A stretch of 64,000 nucleotides of DNA from an uncultured Gammaproteobacteria bacterium (GTDB lineage Bacteria; Pseudomonadota; Gammaproteobacteria; CAWCPV01): positions 288,001 through 352,000 of the forward strand of contig CAWCPV010000014.1 in assembly GCA_963797555.1 (NCBI GenBank), read 5' to 3'. The translations under genes were made by a program, and so were the position numbers. Shown here one piece after another: positions 21,574 to 30,436 of the stretch; the first letter of the stretch is position 1; the number at the start of each line of letters is the position of its first letter. A model generated the notes under the pieces. That model was given only the letters and a program-made list of their open reading frames with translations. It was not told the origin of the DNA and made no database searches.

Positions 21574-22098
21574 TCAGTTGATCGGGACCGGCCGCCCACC
21601 GTCCGCCTGCGCCTTGGCGGCGTCCAGCGCTGCCTGCAGCTTCGCTTCCTGCTCGTGGGTCAGCGAGGTCTTGATGACCTTGCCGCCGGTGCCCTGCAGT
21701 TCGGCCAACACCTTGTCGGGCGTGACCTTGCGCACCAACACGAAGAGCAGAGAGCTGCCGTTCTTGAAATTGCCGGCGAGCTCCCTGATGAACTCGTCGC
21801 TGATGCCCGCGTCACTCAGCGCACCGCCGACGGCACCTGCCGCCGCACCGGCCGCCAGGCCGAGCAGCGGGGCGAAGAATATCAGGCCGATCAGGGCACC
21901 CCAGAAGCCCCCGCTCACCGCGCCCATAGCGGTGAGGTTGTGGGCCTGATGCAGCTTCACCTTGCCCTTGCCGTCCTTGACCGCGACGACGGAATCCTCC
22001 AGGTCGACGAGGTACTCCTGCTGCAGCTTGCGCAGCTTGGTACGCACTTCCTCGGCCTTGAACTGATCATCGTAGGCAATTACCACCAGGTCGCTCAT
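21574..22098 (-). CDS. DUF1269-family membrane protein
   Basis: MSDLVVIAYDD, GAVSGGFWGALIGLIF, DAGISDEFI, GGKVIKTSL. Confidence 0.85.
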   Translation of the reverse strand: MSDLVVIAYDDQFKAEEVRTKLRKLQQEYLVDLEDSVVAVKDGKGKVKLHQAHNLTAMGAVSGGFWGALIGLIFFAPLLGLAAGAAAGAVGGALSDAGISDEFIRELAGNFKNGSSLLFVLVRKVTPDKVLAELQGTGGKVIKTSLTHEQEAKLQAALDAAKAQADGGRPVPIN

Positions 22099-22218
22099 GA
22101 GTCGTTTCCTCCGTTCTCGGTCAATTAGACGCAATGAAGGGCTGCTGTGCAAGTCTACAATCGGTTCGGCATGCGCTGGCCTGCCAATCCAAGGCGATGA
22201 GGCGCGCGGCTACTCTGT

Positions 22219-22621
22219 CTAGACGAATTTGCTCACGTGCCACGTATTGCCCTCCTTGCTGAGCCAGAGCCGGGCGGTGATCGGGTGGATGCCCGGCACA
22301 TCCGAGCTGATGCGGTACACGTAAAGGGTCTCAGCGGGAGACAGGGCTTGCGTTTCCAATAGCGTCTGCTTGACCAGCGGCCTGTCCTTGGCCGGCTCTT
22401 TGGCACCGACCGCCTCGATCTGTCGCAGCAATCCTTCGAGCTGCACCCTGGCGCTGCCGCTGGCCAGCTCGACGGCCTGCGCCATGTTTGTCCTCGACGA
22501 AGTAGGCGCGAACGAATTTGCCGGCAATGGTATCGGCGTTCAGCTCCTTGCTGCAAGCCGTCGCAGACACCGCTATTGCCAGGAGGACCAGAGCAGCCGA
22601 TGGGGTGCGCCCAAAGCGCAT
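22219..22621 (-). CDS. Hypothetical lipoprotein, frameshifted near 22490
   Basis: Lipobox-like ATAC-SK; coding continues in a second frame to WHVSKFV. Confidence 0.55.
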
Positions 22622-22653
22622 ACTGCCATCTCCTTCGGGGTTCATGGCTCGTT

Positions 22654-22848
22654 TCACGATCGGCTCTCGATCCGTCCGATGGCTTGCTTGATCTCGTCGA
22701 TCACCAGCCGCCGCGCCTTGGGCTCGTCGATATCAGGCACCTCCCACTCCATGATCTTGAGGAACTTGTCCACCAAGTGCTCGACTTCTTTGTCTAGCTG
22801 CTGTCGGCGCTTTTGCATTTCGATTTCTTCTATCCCGGCCATCGCCAT
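22654..22848 (-). CDS. Small hypothetical protein
   Basis: GGAGG RBS before MAMAGIEEIEM; LVDKFLKIMEWEVPDIDE. Confidence 0.65.
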   Translation of the reverse strand: MAMAGIEEIEMQKRRQQLDKEVEHLVDKFLKIMEWEVPDIDEPKARRLVIDEIKQAIGRIESRS

Positions 22849-22879
22849 GGTCCTCCAGGTTGATGCACCATCTCGTGCG

Positions 22880-23079
22880 GTGCGCTGTTCGGTATCGTCC
22901 ACGATGACGGCATCAATTTGTTTGTCGTCGGCCCCATCGGTGATGTCGTCACGTGTTGCGGCATCATCTCGGAGAAGGACTCGCCGCAGATACCAAGGAA
23001 CGAACCGTTGGCCGTCGTTGGGAGAGTTACCCTGATAGCACGGGGCAGAGGCGATCTCTTGAAGGATTTGCTGGAGCAT
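22880..23079 (-). pseudogene. AIPR-family-like N-terminal fragment (truncated second cassette)
   Basis: FVPWYL...ITDGADDKQIDAV resembles the AIPR N-terminus; starts right after attC with a GGAGG RBS. Confidence 0.6.
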
Positions 23080-23102
23080 GGTCGTCTTCACCTCCATCTT
23101 TG

Positions 23103-23174
23103 GCCCAACGCCGAGGTTCAGGCGCGGGCCGAGCGCGCAGTGCGGGGACCGTCGCCTGGAACCGCTGGTTGGGG
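23103..23174 (-). other. Integron attC recombination site (72 bp)
   Basis: Minus strand reads CCCCAAC-cagc-GGTTCCAGGCG...CGCCTGAACC-tcggc-GTTGGGC: inverse core and core sites, imperfect palindrome with one extra-helical base. Confidence 0.85.
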
Positions 23175-23179
23175 CCTTT

Positions 23180-23734
23180 GCGGTGTACGTTCAATTGCAC
23201 GGATGCATCCTCGAACCACAAGTGCTCGAAACTCCCGACAGGGTTAACGCCGCTATGACGTCGGGCTCCAAGTTCAGCATCGGTGTGTCGCCGTCATGGA
23301 AGTGGAAGCCCCAGTATTTACCCTCGTGTACGATGTCACACCGCGCGTCATAGAGGGCATCTGATGCCTGCTCTCAGAGACATCGGTGTTCTGTCATGAT
23401 GGGCTATGCCAGCACGGAAGATCCTCTGGTCCTCGGCCGAGAGGAACCAACTGAAGAAGTTGCGCACATAAGCTCGGGACCGGCCCTCTGCGTCGTATTT
23501 GTCCGCAAGCTTCGCAATGTTCTCTGCGCAGATCAGCAGGAACAAGAGGCGAAGCCCTTCGTTTGTCTTTCTTATCTGAGGCAGATCATCCGATAGAGAA
23601 ATCAACCTTTGAGTCTGATGCATCATGATCCGGGCCTGGTGCCGTGGATCGCTGAGCGGGAGAGATTCAAGCGGCTCAATGAATGATCGAGCAGCGGCAG
23701 GCAATGGAAAGAACGGTTCAAAGACGGAAGCCAC
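23180..23734 (-). CDS. Integron cassette gene, putative HEPN-domain protein (frameshifted)
   Basis: Lower GC; LLICAENIAK N-terminal helix; second frame gives LYDARCDIVHEG (R-x4-H). Confidence 0.6.
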
Positions 23735-23759
23735 CTATCTACGTCTACCGATCCCATAT

Positions 23760-23800
23760 CAAAAGCCCCAACAGTTAGTGGACCTTAAAGTGCCGTGGTC
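23760..23800 (-). other. Putative attI site
   Basis: Minus strand ACTAACT-GTTGGGG; GTTGGGG (23766-23772) is complementary to the CCCCAAC of the cassette's attC. Confidence 0.55.
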
Positions 23801-24039
23801 AAACACGGTACTTTGCGGCCTTATCCGAAATCACAAGGTGCTCGCCCGAGACCGCAACGGTCGGCACGATTAACTGACAAATCCAATGCATACGTTCACC
23901 GTCGCCCACAGCGGCGAGCCCGCTGAAGGCGCGATAGGCCGGACATTGGGGTCTATCCACACCCTTCTTGGCAGCGGCCTCCTGGGGAACGACTCTGTGG
24001 AGGTGCGGCACCTGAACGAGGCCGGCCCTCATGGAACCC

Positions 24040-24160
24040 TACCCGGAGCCCTCGCCGTTCTGCGTAAGGTCCGCGACGCCATATATGCGCTCGGCACTAA
24101 CGGCGTCCGTACAGAGGAGACGTATGGTCGCTGGATCAACCGGTTCATCCTCTACCACCC
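24040..24160 (+). pseudogene. intI: Integron integrase N-terminal remnant
   Basis: LRKVRDAI....RTEETYGRWINRFILYH matches the IntI N-terminal domain; divergent from the cassettes; catalytic domain absent. Confidence 0.7.
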
Positions 24161-24364
24161 TCCGGTGTCATGTCGGGGCCTCAAGCGATTGCCGGCCGGG
24201 CCCGCCTGTGTCGCCCCCCCCGATAATCAGCCCGCAGGGTGCTGAGAGGCGCACATGAGGGGTCTTGGCGGGCCCGCAGGAGGTGAGCGCTGGACCGCTC
24301 TCACGCCTGGTTCTCCGAACCCTCCGATACTGCGGCGCGCTGCCTCGTGACGCGTCACCACAGC

Positions 24365-24510
24365 TCACGCGACCTTCTCCGCCTCTCCCAGCAGCTCCCG
24401 AATCGCCCCGATGAGCTTCCGGCGCGTGCTCTCCCTCGGCTCGGCGCTATTCAGGATAGCGTAGATTTGCCCGCGCGACACTCCTGAGCGGCGCCCCAGC
24501 TTCGGTGTCG
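24365..24510 (-). pseudogene. Possible HTH protein fragment
   Basis: LGRRSGVSRGQIYAIL resembles an HTH; no clear start. Confidence 0.3.
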
Positions 24511-24851
24511 CGGCGGCGCACGTGCTGCTCGATCTCCGCGAAGCCCTTGCCATGGGCGCCACGAACGGTACCCCCGCGAGCTGTCCGTACCGCTCCCATT
24601 CGGGCGACCCTAGCTAGCGGGGCCGCGCGCTGGCGGTCGAGGCACTCCGAGGGGCAGCAGCGCCGGGAGCACGGTGAAGAACGGAAACGGGGGCAGCCCC
24701 GGCAATGTCCCGGTACTGCAGCGGTGACGCTTACTCTGCCCCGAGTGGCATCCTGCAGGAGGAATCGGCGAGGGGAAGCGAGGGCAGGCTTCGGTAAGCG
24801 AACGCACCGAGATCGGGGGACACCCTGGGCACAGCTTCAGCGGTCAACGGT

Positions 24852-25715
24852 TCATCCCACGGTGCCCATCCATTGCACGAGGGACTCCAATTGATTCCGC
24901 ATGTGCAGCCGCGACAATCGGCAACTGCCGCCGTGACCGGCCAGGACCCACTCGAACTCGAATGACAGGAGCCGCTCGAGGGATCGGGTCTGCTCCGCCC
25001 AGGAATACCAGCAGGCACCTCGAAATGCTGTGAGGCGCTTCTCCGGGAAGCTCCACGCCAACGTATCGCCAGTGAACAGGTACGTGTTCTCAAGCAAGTA
25101 GACGACGCTGCCCTCGGTATGTCCCGGCACTGGAATGGCCTTCCAACCGGTCACGGGATCCGCCGGTCCCGTGCCGCGCAGGAGCTGAGTCGCGAAGGGC
25201 GCGGCATCCGCATCGCGTTCGTGGATCCAGACCTCGGCCTGAAAAGCCCGCGCATACTCGTTTGCATCCGCAACGTCGTCGCGGTGGGTCAGGAACACGT
25301 GCCGAAGCCCCCCGTGCTGAGCGATGAACTCGCTCACCTGCCGGGTCCAGCGCGGCGCATCGATGAGTACGTTGCCCGCCGGTCGCACCGCGAAATAGGA
25401 ATGCGCGCCATAGGAGGTCTTGGCGTTGTAGCCGCAACGGTAGATGCCCGAGGCGATCTCCTCGGGGTAAAGGCCCTTGGGCGGCACTCCTCCCGAAGTG
25501 CGACGCACGGACGCGGTCGGACAGACCAGCACTGCACGCCATGCTGCGTCCGTCTCGGCCTGCGTTGACGGTTGGTGCGCAAATACGGACTGGCCCGCAC
25601 GCCGCACGATGAGGTCGGGCGCGACCGTCCTCGATGCACCGCAATCGATGCAATGCACATCGACGTACCAGTCCCCCTCGGCATTTGCGGGATGACGTTC
25701 AGGACCCGATCTCAC
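24852..25715 (-). CDS. MBL-fold metallo-hydrolase with N-terminal ferredoxin-like domain
   Basis: WYVDVHCIDCGASR..CPTAS; LTHRDDVAD, PGHTEGS, LFTGD, LAGHG. Confidence 0.85.
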   Translation of the reverse strand: MRSGPERHPANAEGDWYVDVHCIDCGASRTVAPDLIVRRAGQSVFAHQPSTQAETDAAWRAVLVCPTASVRRTSGGVPPKGLYPEEIASGIYRCGYNAKTSYGAHSYFAVRPAGNVLIDAPRWTRQVSEFIAQHGGLRHVFLTHRDDVADANEYARAFQAEVWIHERDADAAPFATQLLRGTGPADPVTGWKAIPVPGHTEGSVVYLLENTYLFTGDTLAWSFPEKRLTAFRGACWYSWAEQTRSLERLLSFEFEWVLAGHGGSCRLSRLHMRNQLESLVQWMGTVG

Positions 25716-26016
25716 CAGCGTCTCCGCCTCGGCACCTTTTCACGGTCCTCGCGACAGGCGTACGCACCTACCCGCCTGCAGTGCCGCTGGGTAGGTCGCC
25801 AAAACAGAATACCGACCCGCGCTCCCCGCTCTCTATTTGCTCTACCGCCGGTGCGGGCAGGTCTGGGGATGGCCGGACGCGACCAAGCGGCCTCTGCGAC
25901 TCTGGTCGTCGGCTGAGCGGGCCGGGCTTCTTGCACAGGCGCCGCAGGGCGCAGCCTGCCTCGCATGAAGACAGCCTGTGCAGGGGGAATCCCGGCGGGC
26001 AAGCTGACCCAGGGGA

Positions 26017-27145
26017 TCAGCCGCTCAGGCGCTTTAGCGCTGCACCCCCGTCGAGCACTTTGCGTACGGCATCGGCGGCCGCCGGCAGCGAGTCGTACCG
26101 ACGCAAGTGATGCAACACCAGGGCACCGCCGTAGACGAGACCGTCGTAGATGGGGCCGGCCTTGCCTCCCAAAGCCTCCACACCTGCCTTGGCGGCCACC
26201 TTGGCGAGGGCGTTCATGTCCACCGCGATGGCGATCTCGTCGCCGGGCCGGGCAGCTTTCGGGAGGTCTTCCGGCAGAGGCGCAGCGCGCACCCTCTGCT
26301 CGATCCCCAGTTCCGCCGGATTGGTATCCAAGGTCTGTTCTTCGCCCTTGTCGTGATAGTACACACACCTGCCGACTTGGCGCAGGGACGGGATCACACC
26401 GCCTTCGACGCCGCGCACCAACAGCAAGGAATCGAAATTCACGTGCCGGGCGAGCAGCGCATACAACCGTGGGTAGGGCTTGTGAACGTAGCCGGTGACC
26501 AGGTGGGTCTTGCGGCGGCCGCGCACGGGGCCGGTCATCACTTCGACCGTGGTCAGTGCCGGCCGTTTCACGATCTTGGTGCGCAGCTCGGTGAGCTTGT
26601 GCAGCTTTGGACAGAAGCGGCTCTGATCCACGTAGGCCCAGCCGATGCTCGGGTCGGCCAGCCGATCCGCCGCCTGCCCCGGTGTGAGGTCCACGGGGAT
26701 ACCGGCGGCACGCAGAATCTGCCGGTGCGTTACCCCGAACTTCGGCCCCATCGTCTCGACGCCCTCGCTGAGGGCCGGCACACCCAGTGCGGCCAACACC
26801 GGCGGCAAGAACGGCGAAGCCGGGATCGTGCGGTTGTAGCCGTCGTAAGGATCGGAAATGATCACGACATCATCCACCGCCGCCGTCGCCGTCTCGGTGA
26901 CCTCGCGAATCGCCTCCATCACGCCGATGTTCTCGTCGTCGGTCTCCCGCTTCATGCGCAAGGCGATAAGGAAGATCCCCGCCTGAACGGGATCGGCCAC
27001 TCCGTCCAGAATCATCCGCGTGCCGCGCCTGGCCTCCTCGCGGGAGATGTCTTTGCTCAATTCCGGCCCCGGTGGCGATGCGCTGGATGATCGAGCGCAT
27101 CAGCACCTGGGGGTCGCTCGGCGGGTTCTCGGCTGGGATGCTCAT
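26017..27145 (-). CDS. Anthranilate phosphoribosyltransferase-like (glycosyltransferase family 3/YbiB-like) protein, frameshifted near 27070
   Basis: MRSIIQRIATG continuing as LSKDIS; FLIALRMKRETDDE, DPYDGY, GPKFGVT, RGVEGG. Confidence 0.8.
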
Positions 27146-27164
27146 ATCCGCTCCTGAAAGCTTA

Positions 27165-27273
27165 GAGCTTGTGAAAGACTCGGCAGCGTCGCGTGTGCTG
27201 CGCGCACCATTCCACGAGAAATCGGGCGGCCAATCCGTGCGCCCAGCGCGCTCTGCAAAAAGTCCGCAGACGC
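27165..27273 (+). repeat. Short MITE-family derivative
   Basis: TTA-GAGCTTGTGAA left end; degenerate right end abuts a TCA. Confidence 0.5.
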
Positions 27274-27600
27274 TCAGTCATGCCCTCCGCCCAAGTCGAC
27301 GAAGATATCGCGGCCTTCGAGACGCACCGCATAGATCCGCAAGGGATCCGAGGCCGGCTCTTCCATGGGCTCACCCGTTTGCAGATCGAAGCGGCTGCCG
27401 TGCAGGGGGCACTTCACGTAGCGGCCCCTGAGCGAACCGGTCGAGAGCGACGCATCTTCGTGGGTGCACATGTCGTCGGCGGCGAGAATTTGCCCGCCCA
27501 CGTTGGCCAGCAGGATATGCCCGCCCCCCACCTCGAAACGCCTCATCTTGCCGGGCTCGATATCGTCGATGACGGCAACCTTGACGAACTTCTCGGGCAT
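27274..27600 (-). CDS. Rieske-type [2Fe-2S] ferredoxin
   Basis: CTHE...CPLHGSRFD. Confidence 0.9.
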   Translation of the reverse strand: MPEKFVKVAVIDDIEPGKMRRFEVGGGHILLANVGGQILAADDMCTHEDASLSTGSLRGRYVKCPLHGSRFDLQTGEPMEEPASDPLRIYAVRLEGRDIFVDLGGGHD

Positions 27601-27696
27601 GACGCGCGTGTTTGAAGAGGAGCGCTTACGTCGGGGAAAGGAAAGCTTATCACGGATCCCCGTGCGGGGCTTAACCCACGCGCTTGCACACATCTC

Positions 27697-27791
27697 GTCA
27701 TTCCGTACAGGGAGTGTACGGAATCCGAGGGCAGGATGCCGAGCCATGCCGTCCGCGGCCTCTGGGTTTGCCGATTCCCCGCCGGAATGAC
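27697..27791. repeat. REP-like palindromic element
   Basis: GTCATTCCG...CGGAATGAC outer arms; internal ATTCCGTACA..TGTACGGAAT hairpin. Confidence 0.55.
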
Positions 27792-28174
27792 AGTGGGGAC
27801 CAGGAGTTGTGTGAATGGCATGGGCTTAACCAGGTAGGCCCTGGCCTTTAAGAGCCGCTGCAGGTCTCACCCTGCGATGACTCGCTTCCAACGCCCCGCC
27901 TGACGGATGGGCTGGGCACCGCCGGCATGGCGTCATGAATAACTTGACTTATCATAATCTTCCGATACCCTTGTTGATCGTTACTTCAACGAGGCTGGGT
28001 AACAGGCTGCGATGATACAGTTTTGTCGAATAGTCATCGCCGCTGCGGTGCCGCCTCGATTTGACCGGGATCGGCTGCCCGTCCCGACGGATCGACGGGT
28101 GAGAGCATTCCCCGACGGCGAGGTGCCGGGGAAGCGTTAGGTGAACAGAGATTCCAACGACGGGGTGATACGAG

Positions 28175-29518
28175 ATGAGCACCAGCAAAGGTCAGGCAAG
28201 GTTACTGAGCGTACTGTTAGGCGTGGCGGCGTGGTCCGCATCATGGAACGCGCAGGCGGTCCCAAGTTTCGCGCGCCAGACTGGCTTGCCGTGTCAGGCA
28301 TGCCACACCGTATTCCCGGAGCTGACCGGCTTCGGACGCCTGTTCAAACTCAATGGTTACGTCCTCACCGGGTTGCAACAGATCGAGGCGCCCAGCAGCA
28401 CGGCCTCCAGTGGGCTGAAGCTCAACGAGATTCCGCCCCTGTCAGCGATGTTTCAGGCCGGCTTCACCCATCTCAACCAGAGCCAGCCGGACACTCAGAA
28501 CAACGACGTTCAGTTCCCGCAGCAGTTCAGCCTGTTTTTCGCCGGTGAGATCACGCCGCACATCGGGACCTTCCTGCAGGCTTCATACAGCCAGCCGGAC
28601 GACCATGTCACATGGGACAACACCGATATCCGCTACGCGAACCACGCGCGACTGTACGGCGACACCATCTTCGGCATCACCGGCAACAACAACCCGACCG
28701 TGCAGGATGTCTGGAACTCGACACCGGCCTGGGGCTTCCCTTGGTCGGGATCGGCCACCGCCCCCACCCCTTCGGCTACTGCGCTGGTCGACGGTGCGTT
28801 GGCCGAGGACGTGGCGGGGCTGGGCGGCTACACCTTCCTCGGCCGGCACTTGTACATCGAGGCAACTGGCTACCGTTCGGCTCACATCGGGCAGCCGCAG
28901 CCCACCTCGGCCAGCAACGACACCATCAGCGGTTTGGCGCCGTACTGGCGCTTGGCCTGGCAGCAGGACGTCCCGAACGGCGATCTGGAGGTGGGCACCT
29001 ACGGGCTTTATGCCAGTCTGTATCCCAGCGGGATCTCGGGTCCGACGGACAATTACACCGACGTCGCCGTAGACACCCAGTACCAGTATTACCTGGGCAA
29101 TGAACGAAACGATAACATCTCGGCGCATGCCACCTTCATCCACGAGTACCAAAACCTCAACGGCACGTTTGCGGCGGGAGGAAGCAGCAAACCAAGTGAC
29201 AATCTGAACACGTTCCGGATGGACGGGACCTATCACTTCGGCAGCCACGCCGCACTCACGCTCGGCTACTTCAACGTCAACGGCAGCACGGATTCGGGGC
29301 TTTATGCACCCGAGTCCGTAACGGGCAGCGGCTCCGGTAGTCCCGACAGCAGCGGGTTCGTCGCGCAGGCCGCGTATCTGCCTTGGCAGAACACCAAGTT
29401 CGTGCTCCAGTATCGGGGATATACCAAGTTCAACGGCGGGAACAGCAACTACGACGGCTTCGGGCGTAGCGCCTCGGACAACAATACCCTGTACCTGCTG
29501 GCGTGGCTCGTGTGGTAG
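28175..29518 (+). CDS. cyc2: Cyc2-type fused monoheme cytochrome c / outer-membrane porin (candidate Fe(II) oxidase)
   Basis: Signal peptide, then AVPSFARQTGLPCQACHTVFPELTGFGRLFKLNGY (Cyc2 signature), followed by a beta-barrel ending in an aromatic residue. Confidence 0.85.
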   Translation: MSTSKGQARLLSVLLGVAAWSASWNAQAVPSFARQTGLPCQACHTVFPELTGFGRLFKLNGYVLTGLQQIEAPSSTASSGLKLNEIPPLSAMFQAGFTHLNQSQPDTQNNDVQFPQQFSLFFAGEITPHIGTFLQASYSQPDDHVTWDNTDIRYANHARLYGDTIFGITGNNNPTVQDVWNSTPAWGFPWSGSATAPTPSATALVDGALAEDVAGLGGYTFLGRHLYIEATGYRSAHIGQPQPTSASNDTISGLAPYWRLAWQQDVPNGDLEVGTYGLYASLYPSGISGPTDNYTDVAVDTQYQYYLGNERNDNISAHATFIHEYQNLNGTFAAGGSSKPSDNLNTFRMDGTYHFGSHAALTLGYFNVNGSTDSGLYAPESVTGSGSGSPDSSGFVAQAAYLPWQNTKFVLQYRGYTKFNGGNSNYDGFGRSASDNNTLYLLAWLVW

Positions 29519-29613
29519 CCGTGCAAGCTCGGGGGGCCGGGGAACAGGCCCGTCCCCCTCCTCATAACCTGATATCATGCCGCCTGCGCAGCGGCGAGAA
29601 GGGTCGGTCCGGG

Positions 29614-30387
29614 ATGAAAAGCACATCGAGGGGCGGTGGGCCCCGATTCGTTGGCCTCGCCGCGCTCAGAACTGCCCTGCTAGTCATACTGATCACGCCG
29701 CAAACGCAGCCAGCCCGCGCCGCGGAGGCTGCCGAGGCGTTACAGCAGCGGGTGGAGCAGTTGCAGCGTACGGTGGAGCGCCTCGAACGACAGGTGGGGA
29801 AGCTTCAGCGCACCGTGGAGCAACTCCAGCAACGGGTGCAGAAGCCAGAGAGCCAGGGCGCGGCGTCCCGCTCCGCGCCAGAAGCGCAGCAGCCGATCGA
29901 GGCCGCTTCCCCGTCCGCCGCGGCGCTTACCCCGATGCCTGCCCCAAACCAGCAGGAGCCGCAGGTGCAGCGCCCAACGCCAGCGCCCCACGCGGCATCC
30001 GAGGTTCGCCAGCCGCTCCAAACCGCCTCCCCCTCCACCGGAAAGCTTGCGGCGGCGCCGACCGCGACGGAGCAGAAGCCAGAAATGCACCCCGTGGTGG
30101 CGCCCACCGCGGCATCCGAGGCGCGCCAGCCGGTCCAGACCGCATCCCCTTCCACCGAGGGGCTCACTCTAACGCCTCAGACGAAAGAGCATTGGCGCAC
30201 GCTCCGGGAGGGCATGCCCGATCTCGAAGTGCGTGCGCTGCTGGGCGAGCCGAGCCGGACCTTCAAACTGAGCGGCAACACCGTTTGGTACTACTACTAC
30301 ACGGGCACAGGCGGAGGCTCCGTCATGCTCTCCAAGGGCGGAAAGGTTACGAGCTGGCAGCGTCCGCCTCTCGGCTGGTTGTGGTGA
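29614..30387 (+). CDS. Secreted protein: coiled coil, Pro/Ala repeats, C-terminal SmpA/BamE-like domain
   Basis: QQRVEQLQRTVERLE heptads; three roughly 40-aa repeats; LREGMPDLEVRALLGEP..VWYY. Confidence 0.7.
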   Translation: MKSTSRGGGPRFVGLAALRTALLVILITPQTQPARAAEAAEALQQRVEQLQRTVERLERQVGKLQRTVEQLQQRVQKPESQGAASRSAPEAQQPIEAASPSAAALTPMPAPNQQEPQVQRPTPAPHAASEVRQPLQTASPSTGKLAAAPTATEQKPEMHPVVAPTAASEARQPVQTASPSTEGLTLTPQTKEHWRTLREGMPDLEVRALLGEPSRTFKLSGNTVWYYYYTGTGGGSVMLSKGGKVTSWQRPPLGWLW

Positions 30388-30436
30388 GTCCAACGGCCGG
30401 ATTGTACCAGGGCCACCCTGGGCATCCCCTCCTGGG

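Noticed and set aside
24720-24812. Stem-loop CGGTG-A-CGCTTAC...GTAAGCG..CACCG as an ncRNA
   Set aside because: Single occurrence in GC-rich DNA with no recognisable family features.
27940-28000. FNR or Fur box upstream of cyc2
   Set aside because: AT-rich, but spacing and matches to TTGAT-N4-ATCAA or the Fur consensus are poor.
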